Shown: positions 1-10,990 of the stretch, piece after piece
Layout of the letters: each line of letters starts with the position of its first letter
Numbering within the stretch: the stretch's first letter is position 1
DNA from: Clostridiales bacterium
GTDB lineage: Bacteria > Bacillota > Clostridia > Oscillospirales > CAG-272
Direction: 5' to 3'
NCBI GenBank assembly: GCA_021202555.1
Contig: JAJQCT010000038.1
Span: 18,383 to 82,382, forward strand
Length of the DNA stretch: 64,000 nt
Position numbers and translations under genes: made by a program
The notes under the pieces: model-generated
The model's database searches: none
Told to the model about the DNA's origin: nothing
What the model saw: the letters and a program-made list of their open reading frames with translations, nothing else

Positions 1-1215
1 TCCCCCGCCCTTGAGCCGTCGAAAATCAAGCGTATGCTCACCTCCGACCAGTATAAGCTTTATAATCTCATATGGAACCGCTTCATCGCAAGCCAGATGC
101 AGTCAGCCGAAATCGGCACGGTGACGGCAGTCATAAACGCCGACGGGGAGATTTTCCACGCGACGGGCAGCACCGTGAAATTTCCGGGATTTCTCGCGCT
201 TTATGAGGAAACGGACGACAAAGGCGCAAAGGAGAGCGACTCGGCGTCGGGGCTTTTGCCCGAAATAAACGAGGGCGAGATTATGAACTGCCTCGGTGTT
301 GCCGCGTCTCAGCATTACACGGAGCCGCCGATGAGATATACCGAAGCTTCTCTCATCAAATTTCTCGAGGAGCTCGGAATCGGACGCCCAAGCACATATC
401 TTCTGATAGTCCCCACAATAACGCAGCGCGGGTACGTCGCGCATGAGGGAAAATCTCTTCTGCCGACAGAGCTCGGCGAGGCGACGACGAAGCTCATGAA
501 ACAAAGCTTTCCCGAAATTGTCGATTACGGCTTTACGGCAGAGCTTGAATCGAAGCTTGACATGATTGAGGAAGGAAAAACAGACGCAAAAACAGTCCTT
601 TCCGAGTTTTATGACGGATTTTCAAAGGAGCTTGAGACGGCAACCGAAAACGCCGAAAAGCTTGAGCTTCCCGTTGAGGAGACTGACATCATATGCGATA
701 AGTGCGGCGCCCGAATGATAGTAAAGACAGGACGCTACGGCAAATTTGCGGCGTGTCCGAATTATCCCGAATGCAAAAATACGAAATCGCTTGAGGAGCC
801 CAAAACAAAGGTGACCGTGAGCGAGGATGATCTGAAAAGAGCCGCGGAAATGAAATGTGAGAAGTGCGGCGGCGAGATGACCGTAAAGCAGGGTCCCTAC
901 GGCGCGTTTTTCGCCTGCGTTAATTACCCGAAATGCAAATTCTCGCGCCCCATCACGCACCCGACGGGCGTAAAATGCCCGAAATGCGGCGGCGACATAA
1001 TCCCAAAATGGGGTCGCAAAAAGACGATGTTTTACAGCTGCTCGAATTACCCGACGTGCGATTTTTCGTCGTGGGATGAGCCGCTGTCCGAAAAATGTCC
1101 GACGTGCGGCGGAATGCTTTACCGCAAAAAGGGCAAGGATTATGTAATCTGCAAAACCGAGGGCTGCGGATATAAGCGTGCGGAAAAGCACGAGGATTCC
1201 TCCGACGTCAAATGA
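1..1215 (+). CDS. topA: DNA topoisomerase I, C-terminal portion (5' end outside window)
   Basis: The frame is open from base 1. Type IA core strings LYNLIWNRFIASQM and RYTEASLIKFLEELGIGRPSTY are present, followed by four CxxC...CxxC zinc-ribbon repeats (CDKCG..CPNYPEC, CEKCG..CVNYPKC, CPKCG..CSNYPTC, CPTCG..CKTEGC). Confidence 0.9.
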   Translation, partial: SPALEPSKIKRMLTSDQYKLYNLIWNRFIASQMQSAEIGTVTAVINADGEIFHATGSTVKFPGFLALYEETDDKGAKESDSASGLLPEINEGEIMNCLGVAASQHYTEPPMRYTEASLIKFLEELGIGRPSTYLLIVPTITQRGYVAHEGKSLLPTELGEATTKLMKQSFPEIVDYGFTAELESKLDMIEEGKTDAKTVLSEFYDGFSKELETATENAEKLELPVEETDIICDKCGARMIVKTGRYGKFAACPNYPECKNTKSLEEPKTKVTVSEDDLKRAAEMKCEKCGGEMTVKQGPYGAFFACVNYPKCKFSRPITHPTGVKCPKCGGDIIPKWGRKKTMFYSCSNYPTCDFSSWDEPLSEKCPTCGGMLYRKKGKDYVICKTEGCGYKRAEKHEDSSDVK

Positions 1216-2549
1216 ATTTAAGGATAACAGTCGTAGGCGCGGGGCTTGCGGGCTGCGAGGCGGCTTGGCAGGCGGCAAAGCGTGGAATAGAGGTGACGCT
1301 TTGCGAAATGAAGCCCGAGAAAAAGACGCCAGCACATAAATCAGACGGCTTTGCGGAGCTTGTATGCAGCAATTCGCTGCGCTCGGACGACAAAAATAAC
1401 GCAGTGGGTCTTCTGAAAGAGGAAATGCGCCTCATGGGTTCGCTCATAATCGAGGCAGCTGACAAAACGCGCGTTCCGGCAGGATCCGCGCTCGCCGTTG
1501 ACAGAAACGCCTTTTCGGATTACGTAACGGGAAAGCTTTCCTCGCACCCGAATATAAAAATCGTTTCGCGCGAGGTGTCGTCCGTCGAGCCGGACACGAT
1601 AACGATAATCGCGACGGGACCTCTCACCTCAGAACCGATGGCAAATTATATAAGCGATGTTCTCGGCATAAGCTCGCTTCATTTTTACGACGCGGCAGCG
1701 CCGATTGTGGACGGGGAGAGCATAGATTACGAAAAAACCTATTTCGCGTCGCGCTACGGCAAGGGCGACGCTATGGATTACCTCAACTGCCCTATGGAAA
1801 AGGACGAATATCTCGCCTTTTACGAAGCTCTCCTCGGCGCGCAGACGGCGAAGCTTCACGAATTTGACGACGACGAAAAGATTTCCGTCTTTGAGGGATG
1901 TATGCCCGTCGAGGTGATGGCGTCGCGCGGCGTCGATACTCTGAGATACGGACCGATGAAGCCCGTCGGGCTTCAAAATCCGAAAACCGGTCGCGAGCCT
2001 TACGCCGCCCTCCAGCTTCGCCGTGAAAACGAGGCGGGAACTATGTATAATCTCGTCGGATTTCAGACGCATCTCACTTTTCCCGAGCAAAAGCGCGTCT
2101 TTTCAATGATACCGGGGCTTGAAAATGCCGAATTTCTGCGCTACGGCGTAATGCACAGAAACACATATATAAATTCACCCGGCATACTCGCTCCCGATTA
2201 CTCGCTTATTACATCGCCCGACATATTTTTCGCAGGTCAGATGACAGGTGTTGAAGGGTATGTTGAAAGCGCAGCGTCGGGAATGCTCGCGGGAATTTCC
2301 GCCGCGCGGCGGCTGCGCGGACAATCCCGCATTGATTTCACGAAAAAAACGATGACGGGCGCTTTGGGACACTATGTCTCCGAGGGCGGCGCGTCGGGAA
2401 ATTTTCAGCCGATGAACGCAAGCTACGGAATCGTCGAGCCGCTTGAGGTGCGCGTGAAGGGCGGCAAAAAAATGCGGTACGCGGAGTATTCAAAAAGAGC
2501 GCTTTTGACGCTTTCGGAAATAATCAGAACGGAGGATATACTGAAATGA
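1212..2549 (+). CDS. trmFO: methylenetetrahydrofolate--tRNA-(uracil-5-)-methyltransferase TrmFO/Gid
   Basis: 445-aa ORF with N-terminal FAD fold VVGAGLAGCEAAWQAAKRG and the block FFAGQMTGVEGYVESAASG. ATGA start/stop overlap with topA. Confidence 0.9.
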   Translation: MNLRITVVGAGLAGCEAAWQAAKRGIEVTLCEMKPEKKTPAHKSDGFAELVCSNSLRSDDKNNAVGLLKEEMRLMGSLIIEAADKTRVPAGSALAVDRNAFSDYVTGKLSSHPNIKIVSREVSSVEPDTITIIATGPLTSEPMANYISDVLGISSLHFYDAAAPIVDGESIDYEKTYFASRYGKGDAMDYLNCPMEKDEYLAFYEALLGAQTAKLHEFDDDEKISVFEGCMPVEVMASRGVDTLRYGPMKPVGLQNPKTGREPYAALQLRRENEAGTMYNLVGFQTHLTFPEQKRVFSMIPGLENAEFLRYGVMHRNTYINSPGILAPDYSLITSPDIFFAGQMTGVEGYVESAASGMLAGISAARRLRGQSRIDFTKKTMTGALGHYVSEGGASGNFQPMNASYGIVEPLEVRVKGGKKMRYAEYSKRALLTLSEIIRTEDILK

Positions 2550-3568
2550 GAATCATAATTGACGCGATGGGCGGCGACAACGCCCCCGCAGCCGTTATCG
2601 AGGGCGCGAATATCGCGAAAGCCGAATACGGCGGCAAATTTGAAATGACGCTCGTCGGAGACGAGAGCGCCATAAAAAAAGCCGCGTCCGAGGGCGGTTT
2701 TTCGCTCGACGGAATCGATATTTACCATACGGACGTGAAAATTGAGATGGACGACGACCCGATGAACGCCGTTCGCAAGAAAAAGGAATCGTCAATGGCT
2801 ATAGGTCTTAAAATGCTCTCGCCCGACAACAAATACGGCGTCGTCGGCGACGCGTTTTTGTCTGCCGGCAGCACCGGCGCGCTTCATCTCGCCTCCTCAC
2901 ACTTTGTCGGAAGGCTTATGGGCGTTCGCCGCGCCTGCCTTGCGACGTATCTGCCGTTTCCGAATCCCATTCTGCTTCTTGATTCGGGTGCGAATCCGAC
3001 CGTCACGGCGGATCAGCTCCTCTCATGGGCTTATCTCGGCTCGGTATACGCCGAATCCGTTCTCGGAATGAAAAATCCCCGCGTCGGGCTTATAAACAAC
3101 GGCACGGAGGAATGCAAGGGTACTGAAATGTACATAGAGGCTCATAGGCTTCTTGCCGCCTCTGATCTCAATTTCGCCGGAAACGTCGAATCGCGAGAGA
3201 TTCCGTTCGGCGCCTGTGACGTGCTTGTGTGCGACGGTTTCACGGGCAATATAACCCTGAAGCTTATCGAGGGAATGGCGTCGTTTTTCATGAAATCGCT
3301 GAAGGATATATATAAATCGAGCACCGTCGCGAGCCTTTCATATTTGCCCGTGAGGTCAAAATTCGGAACGCTGAAGAAAAGCTTTGACGCCTCCGAGCAC
3401 GGCGGCGCGCCGATTCTCGGACTTAAAGCGCCCGTCATAAAGGGACACGGAAACTCTAACGGACGCGCAGTGTTTTCGGCGATACGTCAGGCGTACACGT
3501 GCGTCGAATCGGGAATGACGGCGAAAATGAGCGAAAATTTACAAAAAACAGGTAACGGCAATGACTGA
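2546..3568 (+). CDS. plsX: phosphate acyltransferase PlsX
   Basis: 340-aa ORF with the MRIIIDAMGGDNAP N-terminus and the KGHGNS block typical of PlsX. ATGA overlap with trmFO. Confidence 0.9.
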   Translation: MRIIIDAMGGDNAPAAVIEGANIAKAEYGGKFEMTLVGDESAIKKAASEGGFSLDGIDIYHTDVKIEMDDDPMNAVRKKKESSMAIGLKMLSPDNKYGVVGDAFLSAGSTGALHLASSHFVGRLMGVRRACLATYLPFPNPILLLDSGANPTVTADQLLSWAYLGSVYAESVLGMKNPRVGLINNGTEECKGTEMYIEAHRLLAASDLNFAGNVESREIPFGACDVLVCDGFTGNITLKLIEGMASFFMKSLKDIYKSSTVASLSYLPVRSKFGTLKKSFDASEHGGAPILGLKAPVIKGHGNSNGRAVFSAIRQAYTCVESGMTAKMSENLQKTGNGND

Positions 3569-4307
3569 CGACAATTTATCCCAATATCCGCTTCCGATAA
3601 ATATTCTTGAAGAGCGAATAGGCTACGTATTTTCCGACAAAAATCTCATAAAGACGGCGATGACGCATTCCTCATTCGCAAATGAAGCGCACGGCGGTGC
3701 GTCATGCTCGAACGAGAGAATGGAATTTTTCGGCGATTCGGTGCTGTCGCTCGTCGTGAGCGAATATCTCTTTGAAAATTACGAGGAGATGCAGGAGGGC
3801 GAGCTTACGCGAATCCGCTCCCGCCTCGTCTGTGAGGATGCGCTTGCTGAATATGCGGAAAAAATAAGTCTCGGCGACTTTCTCTATCTCGGACACGGAG
3901 AAGAAAAAAATAACGGACGCCGCCGGAAATCGACTGTTTCCGACGCGATGGAGGCGCTTCTTGCCGCCGTTTACATGGACGACGAGGGCGCGGGCGGCGA
4001 CGGCAAATCTGCGGTGTCGCGCATAATTCTCCCCTTTGTGATGGACGAACTTGAAAAGATAAGCGACATAACTGAATATTTCGATTACAAAACGCTACTC
4101 CAGCAGGTGGTGCAGCAGGGCGGAAGCGAGGCACTCGAATACGCGGTAACGGGCGAGTCGGGACCCGACCACGACAAAACCTTCAGCGTCGAGGTCAAGC
4201 TCAACAGCAACATCGTGGGACACGGCACAGGCAGATCAAAGCGCAGTGCCGAGCAGATGGCAGCAAAGGAAGCGCTCGGACTTTTCGGCGTTGATGTCGC
4301 GGGCTGA
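3561..4307 (+). CDS. rnc: ribonuclease III
   Basis: RNase III signature NERMEFFGDSVL and a C-terminal dsRNA-binding region (GPDHDKTFSVEV...SKRSAEQMAAKEAL). Overlaps the plsX stop. Confidence 0.9.
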   Translation: MTDDNLSQYPLPINILEERIGYVFSDKNLIKTAMTHSSFANEAHGGASCSNERMEFFGDSVLSLVVSEYLFENYEEMQEGELTRIRSRLVCEDALAEYAEKISLGDFLYLGHGEEKNNGRRRKSTVSDAMEALLAAVYMDDEGAGGDGKSAVSRIILPFVMDELEKISDITEYFDYKTLLQQVVQQGGSEALEYAVTGESGPDHDKTFSVEVKLNSNIVGHGTGRSKRSAEQMAAKEALGLFGVDVAG

Positions 4308-4316
4308 CGACGGAAA

Positions 4317-5348
4317 ATGAGACACGTCAATATTCCCGTTTTCATTCCGCATCTCGGCTGTCCCCACGACTGCGTATTCTGCAACCAGCGCGTAATATCG
4401 GGACAGCGTGATTTTGATCCCGACAGCCTTGAGGGCATAATTGAAAAGGCGCTTGCGACGGTATCGCAGGGCGATGACGTTGAAGTCGCCTTTTTCGGCG
4501 GCTCCTTCACGGGAATTGACAGGGAGCTTATGATTTCTCTCTTGTCACGCACCGAGCCGTATATAAAAAGCGGACGAGTGTCACGTCTGCGCTGCTCGAC
4601 GCGCCCCGATTATATAAGCGAGGAAATTCTCGATATACTTGCGCGGTACTCCATGGAAACGGTTGAGCTCGGTATGCAGTCACTTTCGGACGATGTGCTT
4701 TCCGCGTCGTTTCGCGGTCACACCGCAGGCGATACGCTGCGCGCGGCAGAGCTGATTTTAAAGCGCGGAATGAGACTTGGCGGGCAGATGATGATAGGAC
4801 TTCCGCTCTCAACCCCAAAGCGCGAGCTTGAAACGGCTCGGGCAATCTGCGATATGGGCTGCTCTGAGGCACGAGTATATCCGACGATAGTTTTTGAGAA
4901 AACTGCGCTTGCCGCTATGATGAGGCGAGGCGAATACACGCCGCTCACAGTTGCCGACGCCGCGAAGCGCTGCGCCGACGTGCTGCGCGTATTTGATGAA
5001 CGCGGCGTTCATGTGCTGCGCGTGGGACTTTGCGACAGTGAGGGACTTCACTCCGCCGAGTGCGTCGGCGGTCCCGTTCATCCCGCGATGGGCGAGCTGT
5101 CCCGCTCGGTGATTTTCCGCGAAAACATCGCATACGAGCTGGAAAAATCAGATATTCACGGCGGCTCTGTCACGGTGCTCGTACCGAGAGGAGCGGTATC
5201 TGCTGCGGTCGGAAACCGCGGCGAAAACAAACGCTTTTTTATGAGCGAATACGACATAAAACATATAAAATTCCGCGAGGACGAAAGCCTTCACGGATAT
5301 GAAGCAAAGGTAACGCGAGAGGTAATTTGTGCGGCTGATTTCACTTGA
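4317..5348 (+). CDS. radical SAM protein (ELP3-like family, no acetyltransferase domain)
   Basis: CxxxCxxC cluster motif GCPHDCVFCNQ near the N-terminus. 343 aa. Sits in the rnc-smc position. Confidence 0.75.
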   Translation: MRHVNIPVFIPHLGCPHDCVFCNQRVISGQRDFDPDSLEGIIEKALATVSQGDDVEVAFFGGSFTGIDRELMISLLSRTEPYIKSGRVSRLRCSTRPDYISEEILDILARYSMETVELGMQSLSDDVLSASFRGHTAGDTLRAAELILKRGMRLGGQMMIGLPLSTPKRELETARAICDMGCSEARVYPTIVFEKTALAAMMRRGEYTPLTVADAAKRCADVLRVFDERGVHVLRVGLCDSEGLHSAECVGGPVHPAMGELSRSVIFRENIAYELEKSDIHGGSVTVLVPRGAVSAAVGNRGENKRFFMSEYDIKHIKFREDESLHGYEAKVTREVICAADFT

Positions 5349-8300
5349 AATGCAGGGGTTCAAATCGTTCCCCGACAGAACAAAAATAAAATTCAACCGC
5401 GGAAGCACGGTGATTGTGGGACCGAACGGAAGCGGCAAATCAAACATCACCGACGCGCTCCGCTGGGTTCTCGGCGAGCTTTCGTCGAAAAATCTGCGCG
5501 GCACGAAGATGGAGGATGTCATTTTCGCGGGAGCTGACGGCAAAAGCCCTATGGGCTATGCCGAGGTTTCCGTGACGTTTGACAATACGGACGAAAGCGG
5601 CAGCGCCAAGATAAATCTCCCATATGACGAGGTGATGGTGACGCGCCGATATTATAAAGCGGGCGAGAGCGAATATTTCATAAACCGCCGCGCCGTGCGC
5701 CTGCGCGACATTAACGAGCTTTTCATGAACACCGGAATCGGGCGCGAGGGCTATTCGATTGTAGGTCAGGGAAGGGTTGCCGAGATAATTTCGCGCAAAA
5801 GCGATGACAGGCGCGCCGTTTTCGAGGACGCAGCGGGAATTGCCAAATACAGATACAAATACCGCGAGACGGAACGCCAGCTCGCCGCGACTGACGGCAA
5901 CATGGAAAGACTGCGCGACATTCTCTCGGAGGTTGAAGGGCGTGTCGGACCGCTCGCTAAGGAAGCCGAAGCGGCAAGACGCTACCTTGAATTATACGAA
6001 AGATGCCGCCGCGCCGACGTTTCGCTTTCGATTTACGACGCAGACCGCCTTGAAGCGGACGGTCGCCGCGCGGACGACGATATTCTCATCACATCTCACG
6101 AGCTTGAAATGATAAACGATACGCTCGCGCGCCTTGAAGCGCAGAGCGACCGCATTTCCGAATCCTTCTCCGAAAACAAGCTCACCTCCGAGCGCGTTTA
6201 CGAGGAAATCAAAGACCAGAACGCAAAAATCCGCGAGCTTGAACGCAGCTATGCCGATATTTCGGCAAAAATCGAGCATTCAAAATCCCGCGCCGACGAA
6301 TACAGAAAAGACGCTGACACAGCAGGCTCACAAAAGGAAAGCGTTGCCACCGAGACGGATGAGCTTTCGGTGAAAATCGACGCGCTTTTGGAAAAGGCGG
6401 AGCTTGGCGGCAAAACGGCAGACGAGCTTAACTCGTCGCTCGCGCTTGCGACAGACGAGTATGACGGGCTTTCGCACGAGGTTGACGAGCTTTTCACTAA
6501 AATACGCGACGCCGAGGGCAGGGCTGTTGACTGCCGCGTCAGAATAAACGTGCTTTCCGAATCCATGAAATCGGACGGCGAAAAGGACGATGGCACGCAG
6601 CTCGAGCTTGAAAAATACAAGCGCGAGGCGGCGCAGCTTTCTCAGTCTTTCGAGAAAGAGGATAAAAATGTCCGCGATTTCGGTCTTGCGGTAGAAAACA
6701 GCGAAAAGAAAATCTCCGAGCTTGAAAAAAAGCTTTCCGATACTGACGCTCTGGTTGCGGAAATCTCAAAGGAGCGCGAGGGCGTCGCTGCGAATGCCGC
6801 CGCAGCCGACGGCAAAATCGACGCGCTCACTCGTCTTGAGGAAAGCTTTGAGGGGTACGGGAAAAGCATAAAATACGTGATGGACGGCGTGGCGCTCGGT
6901 AAAATCATGGGCGGCGTTCACGGACCGATTTCACGCCTCATAACCGTGCCGCCCGAATACGTCACGGCGATTGAAATCGCGCTTGGCGCAAATTTACAGA
7001 ATATTGTCGTTGACGACGAGTCGGCGGCGAAGGAGTGTATATATTATCTCAAAAACGGAGGCGCGGGACGCGCGACCTTTTATCCCTTAACATCTATAAA
7101 AGCGGGATTTGTCGGACGCGAAACCGAAAATGCGGCGAAATTCGGCGGCTACATCGGTCTTGCCTCCGAGCTTGTCAGCTTCGACGAGAAATACGGCGAA
7201 ATTGTCCGCTACACGCTCGGAAGAACGTGCGTCTTTGACACCATTGATTCCGCGTCTGCGGCGGCGAAGGCGAACGGATATAAAATTCGCGCCGTCACGC
7301 TCGACGGACAGCAGATTAACGCGGGCGGCTCTTTTACGGGCGGCTCGGTGAGACGTGACAGCGGTATGCTTACCCGTGCCGGCGAGATACGCTCCCTTCG
7401 GGCGGAGCGCTCGCTTATTTCGCGCGAGCTGAAGCGAATCGACGAAAAGCTCTCCTCGGCAAAAGCGCGCCGAGCAGAGTATTCGGGACAGCTTGCAGAC
7501 GAAAAGAATCGCCGCGACATAACCGACGCCATGATGAGAGCGTCGATGACCTCCCGCGATGCCGCATCCGCAAAAAGAGATGCGGCTCTGACTCTCGCAT
7601 CCGAGCTTGAAGAGGATTTTTTGACAAGGCAGACGCAAAAGGGCAAATCCGAGGAGGATATGAAATCGCTGACCGAAGCGCTCGAATCTGTTATAAAAGA
7701 GGCGGATGAGCTTAAATCGAAAAGAGAAGCTCTCAGCGTGAAGGCGAACGCGGCGGGCGACAAAATGAACGAAATTGCGGAGAAAATCTCCTCACTGGCG
7801 CTTGACATGGCGAAGCTTGAATCGGAAATTTCCGCAAACCGCGCTCTTTTGTCGGAAAAAATCAAGAGACGCGACGAATACGCGGAAAAAAGCGATACAC
7901 TGCTTACAAAAGCGTCGGAGCTTGACGCGGAGGTTGAATTGCTCCTGTCATCAGGAGAGGAAAACCGCAGCGAATATGAGGAGCGGAAGGCGTCGCTTGA
8001 GGAGCTTGAGGCAAGACGCGAATCGCTTGAGGCGGGCAGCCTTGAATACGAGCGCCGTCGGGGCGAAATTTACAAAAAGGTTCGCGAGCGGACTGACGAA
8101 AAGGAAAAAATCGTCCGCGCGCATATGAAAAACGAGGAAAACCGCAGGAAAATCAAGGACGGGTACGACAAAATAATTGCCCATCTCTGGGATGAATACG
8201 AGCTTACATATTCCTCGGCAAAGGAGCTTGATTATCCCAAAACAAACGAGCAGAACAGAGCCGAAACGGCGCGCGAGCTTTCCGAATGCAAAAGCGGGCT

Positions 8301-8943
8301 GAAATCGCTCGGCAGCGTCAATGTCGGCGCCATCGAGGAATACGGCGAGGTTCGCGAGCGCTACGAAAATCTCTCGCGCCAGATGAACGATCTCATCTCC
8401 TCACGCGAGGATTTGAACGACGTCATGGAGGAGCTTCGGCTCGAAATGCAGACAGCATTCTCTGATGCGTTTAACAGCATAAACGAAAAATTCGGAGAGG
8501 TATTCCGCGAGCTTTTCGGAGGCGGCGAGGCGGAGCTTTATCTTTCCGACCCGACGGACGTGCTTTCGAGCGGAATTGAAATCAAAGCCGCGCCTCCGGG
8601 CAAGGTCATTAAAAATCTTTCGCTTCTCTCGGGCGGCGAGCAGGCATTTGTTGGAATAGCGCTGCTTTTCGCGATGATACAGGTGAATCCGACCCCGTTT
8701 TGCGTCTTTGACGAGATTGAGTCTGCGCTCGACGAGGTAAACGTGGCGCGCTTCGCCGATTATCTTTCGCGCTATTCCGACAAAATACAGTTTGTCGTCA
8801 TAACGCACAGACGCGGCACGATGGAGAGAGCCGACACGCTTTACGGCGTGACAATGCCGCGGCGCGGCGTTTCGCGGGTTCTTACGCTTGACCCGGGCAG
8901 CGGTGAATCTGAAAAGTATGTGTCCGAGAATGCCTCGGAGTAA
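5329..8943 (+). CDS. smc: chromosome segregation protein SMC
   Basis: GTG start giving MRLISLEMQGFKSF, Walker A GPNGSGKSN, long coiled-coil arms, a hinge, signature LSGGEQ and Walker B FCVFDEIESALD. 1204 aa. Confidence 0.95.
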   Translation: MRLISLEMQGFKSFPDRTKIKFNRGSTVIVGPNGSGKSNITDALRWVLGELSSKNLRGTKMEDVIFAGADGKSPMGYAEVSVTFDNTDESGSAKINLPYDEVMVTRRYYKAGESEYFINRRAVRLRDINELFMNTGIGREGYSIVGQGRVAEIISRKSDDRRAVFEDAAGIAKYRYKYRETERQLAATDGNMERLRDILSEVEGRVGPLAKEAEAARRYLELYERCRRADVSLSIYDADRLEADGRRADDDILITSHELEMINDTLARLEAQSDRISESFSENKLTSERVYEEIKDQNAKIRELERSYADISAKIEHSKSRADEYRKDADTAGSQKESVATETDELSVKIDALLEKAELGGKTADELNSSLALATDEYDGLSHEVDELFTKIRDAEGRAVDCRVRINVLSESMKSDGEKDDGTQLELEKYKREAAQLSQSFEKEDKNVRDFGLAVENSEKKISELEKKLSDTDALVAEISKEREGVAANAAAADGKIDALTRLEESFEGYGKSIKYVMDGVALGKIMGGVHGPISRLITVPPEYVTAIEIALGANLQNIVVDDESAAKECIYYLKNGGAGRATFYPLTSIKAGFVGRETENAAKFGGYIGLASELVSFDEKYGEIVRYTLGRTCVFDTIDSASAAAKANGYKIRAVTLDGQQINAGGSFTGGSVRRDSGMLTRAGEIRSLRAERSLISRELKRIDEKLSSAKARRAEYSGQLADEKNRRDITDAMMRASMTSRDAASAKRDAALTLASELEEDFLTRQTQKGKSEEDMKSLTEALESVIKEADELKSKREALSVKANAAGDKMNEIAEKISSLALDMAKLESEISANRALLSEKIKRRDEYAEKSDTLLTKASELDAEVELLLSSGEENRSEYEERKASLEELEARRESLEAGSLEYERRRGEIYKKVRERTDEKEKIVRAHMKNEENRRKIKDGYDKIIAHLWDEYELTYSSAKELDYPKTNEQNRAETARELSECKSGLKSLGSVNVGAIEEYGEVRERYENLSRQMNDLISSREDLNDVMEELRLEMQTAFSDAFNSINEKFGEVFRELFGGGEAELYLSDPTDVLSSGIEIKAAPPGKVIKNLSLLSGGEQAFVGIALLFAMIQVNPTPFCVFDEIESALDEVNVARFADYLSRYSDKIQFVVITHRRGTMERADTLYGVTMPRRGVSRVLTLDPGSGESEKYVSENASE

Positions 8944-8971
8944 GTGAAAAATAATTGAGCAAGGAGAAATT

Positions 8972-9889
8972 ATGGGATTTTTTGAAAAGCTCCGCGAGAG
9001 CATGAAAAAGACGCAGGAGGCTGTCGTCGGCAAAATCGACGCCGTGATGCAGAAATTCGTAAAAATCGACGAGGATATGCTCGACGAGCTTGAAGAGACG
9101 CTTATTACCGCCGACGTGGGCGTTGAGACGACCGAAAAAATACTTGATGAGCTTCGCGCAAGAATCAAGGCGGAGCGGCTGACAGATGCTGCGGACGCGA
9201 GGCGCGCACTTCATGAGATAATCGCCGACATGATAGGTGAGGGCGAGCCGCTGAGGCTTGACACAAAGCCCTCTGTTATTCTCGTCATAGGCGTGAACGG
9301 CGTCGGCAAAACGACCTCCATCGGCAAAATCGCGGCTGGTCTTGTGAGAGATGGAAAGAATGTAGTTGTGGCTGCTGCCGATACGTTTCGCGCCGCCGCG
9401 ATTGACCAGCTTGAGGTGTGGTGCGAGCGCGCAGGCGCCTCACTGATTCGCCAGAGCGAGGGGAGCGACCCTGCGGCAGTCGTTTTTGACGCTGCGGCAG
9501 CGGCTAAAAAGCGCGGAGCGGACGTTCTTATTGTCGATACGGCGGGAAGGCTTCACAATAAGAAAAATCTCATGGACGAGCTTGCAAAAATCGACCGTGT
9601 GCTGACGCGCGAGCTTCCCGACACGTCGCGCGAAACACTGCTCGTGCTTGACGCGACGACGGGACAGAACGCCGTTTTACAGGCGAAGGAATTTAAAAAT
9701 TCCGCGCCTATAACGGGGCTGATTCTGACTAAGCTTGACGGAACCGCGAAGGGCGGAATTGTAATTTCCATAAAAGAGGAGCTCGGGATACCCGTGAAAT
9801 ATATAGGCGTCGGCGAGGGAATTGACGATATGGAGCCGTTTTCGTGCGACGATTTTGTGCGCGCGCTTTTTGGAGAGGAGCAGGAATGA
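8972..9889 (+). CDS. ftsY: signal recognition particle receptor FtsY
   Basis: SRP GTPase motifs [14 protein letters not shown] and [10 protein letters not shown]. 305 aa. Confidence 0.9.
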   Translation: MGFFEKLRESMKKTQEAVVGKIDAVMQKFVKIDEDMLDELEETLITADVGVETTEKILDELRARIKAERLTDAADARRALHEIIADMIGEGEPLRLDTKPSVILVIGVNGVGKTTSIGKIAAGLVRDGKNVVVAAADTFRAAAIDQLEVWCERAGASLIRQSEGSDPAAVVFDAAAAAKKRGADVLIVDTAGRLHNKKNLMDELAKIDRVLTRELPDTSRETLLVLDATTGQNAVLQAKEFKNSAPITGLILTKLDGTAKGGIVISIKEELGIPVKYIGVGEGIDDMEPFSCDDFVRALFGEEQE

Positions 9890-10512
9890 CAGTTGTTCTG
9901 GCAAGCAGAAATAGCGCAAAGGTCGCGGAAATGCGCAGGCTTTTCGCCGAATTTAATGCAGATATAAACGTGCTGTCGCTCTCCGACATAGGCTTTGAGG
10001 GTGAAATCGTCGAGGACGGGGAGAGCTTTGAGGAAAACGCTGTAATAAAGGCGTGTGCTCCCGTCTCACTCGGATATATCGGCATTGCCGACGATTCGGG
10101 GCTTTGCGTAGACGCGCTTGGCGGCGCGCCCGGAATTTATTCGGCTCGGTTTTCGGGCGATGACCATACTGACGCGAAAAATCGTGAGCTGCTCAAAGAA
10201 AAGCTTGAAAATGTTCCGGACGGTGAGCGCGGTGCGCATTTTGTATGCGTGACGGCGGCGGTATTTCCGCATAAGTATAATCTCGAACCGATTGTATGCA
10301 GAGGCGAGTGCCGCGGCAAAATAATCCGCGAGGAGCGCGGAGAGGGTGGCTTTGGATATGACTCGCTCTTCTTATATGAAGAGGCTAACAAGACCTTTGC
10401 CGAAATGACAGCCGAGGAAAAGGGGGCGGTGTCGCATCGCGGCAGGGCGATGAGAAAATTCGCCGAAATGCTCTCAAAAGCTGCCGAAAAGGTTGACGGT
10501 TATAACACTTGA
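9886..10512 (+). CDS. rdgB: XTP/dITP diphosphatase (RdgB/HAM1 family)
   Basis: The track ORF starts at 9844, but the Met at 9886 ([13 protein letters not shown]) gives an ATGA overlap with the ftsY stop. The GFGYDSLF block is typical of the family. Confidence 0.85.
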   Translation: MTVVLASRNSAKVAEMRRLFAEFNADINVLSLSDIGFEGEIVEDGESFEENAVIKACAPVSLGYIGIADDSGLCVDALGGAPGIYSARFSGDDHTDAKNRELLKEKLENVPDGERGAHFVCVTAAVFPHKYNLEPIVCRGECRGKIIREERGEGGFGYDSLFLYEEANKTFAEMTAEEKGAVSHRGRAMRKFAEMLSKAAEKVDGYNT

Positions 10513-10603
10513 ATGACGGTTTTGCCGACAATAATGCCCGAAAATCGGCGAAAATCGGCGATTTTTTGCTGATTTTCGGGCAGTCTCGTACCGTTTTTTC
10601 ATC

Positions 10604-10641
10604 AAAAACGCGCGTTTCGCACGCGTTTTTCACGTTTTTTT
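10604..10641 (+). terminator. rho-independent terminator after rdgB
   Basis: Stem AAAAACGCG / CGCGTTTTT with a 9-nt loop, followed by CACGTTTTTTT. Confidence 0.6.
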
Positions 10642-10669
10642 CATGTATAATAAAAGGAGAATTTTCAAA

Positions 10670-10990
10670 ATGAAGCTTGAACTTACAAGCAAAGAGAGGG
10701 CGCAGCTTCGCTCTGAGGCAAACGACTACGCAACCATAATTCAGATAGGAAAGGACGGGATTTCTCCCGAGACAATAAAGGTTGCTGATATGGCGCTTGA
10801 AGCAAGGGAGCTGATTAAGCTGCGCACGCTTGACGGCGCGCCACTCGGCACACGTGAAGCGGCTGATATGATAGCCGAAAGGACAGGCGCCGGCGTTGTT
10901 TCTGTTGTCGGGTCGCGATTTGTACTGTATCGCCCGTCAAAAAAGAACAAAAATATATCCGAAAAGCTCAAATCAAAACAGAAAAAATGA
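10670..10990 (+). CDS. yhbY: YhbY-like CRM-domain RNA-binding protein
   Basis: LTSKERAQLRSEAN...IIQIGKDGISPE...ELIKL pattern typical of YhbY. AAGGAG lies 8 nt upstream of the ATG at 10670. The track start at 10643 lacks an RBS. Confidence 0.75.
   Translation: MKLELTSKERAQLRSEANDYATIIQIGKDGISPETIKVADMALEARELIKLRTLDGAPLGTREAADMIAERTGAGVVSVVGSRFVLYRPSKKNKNISEKLKSKQKK

Noticed and set aside
10536-10581. Hairpin GCCCGAAAATC...GATTTTCGGGC enclosing a direct repeat GAAAATCGGC x2, considered as an attenuator or riboswitch
   Set aside because: It lies in a 3' region directly followed by a canonical terminator. I recognise no conserved ligand-binding architecture, so it is most simply part of a compound terminator region.
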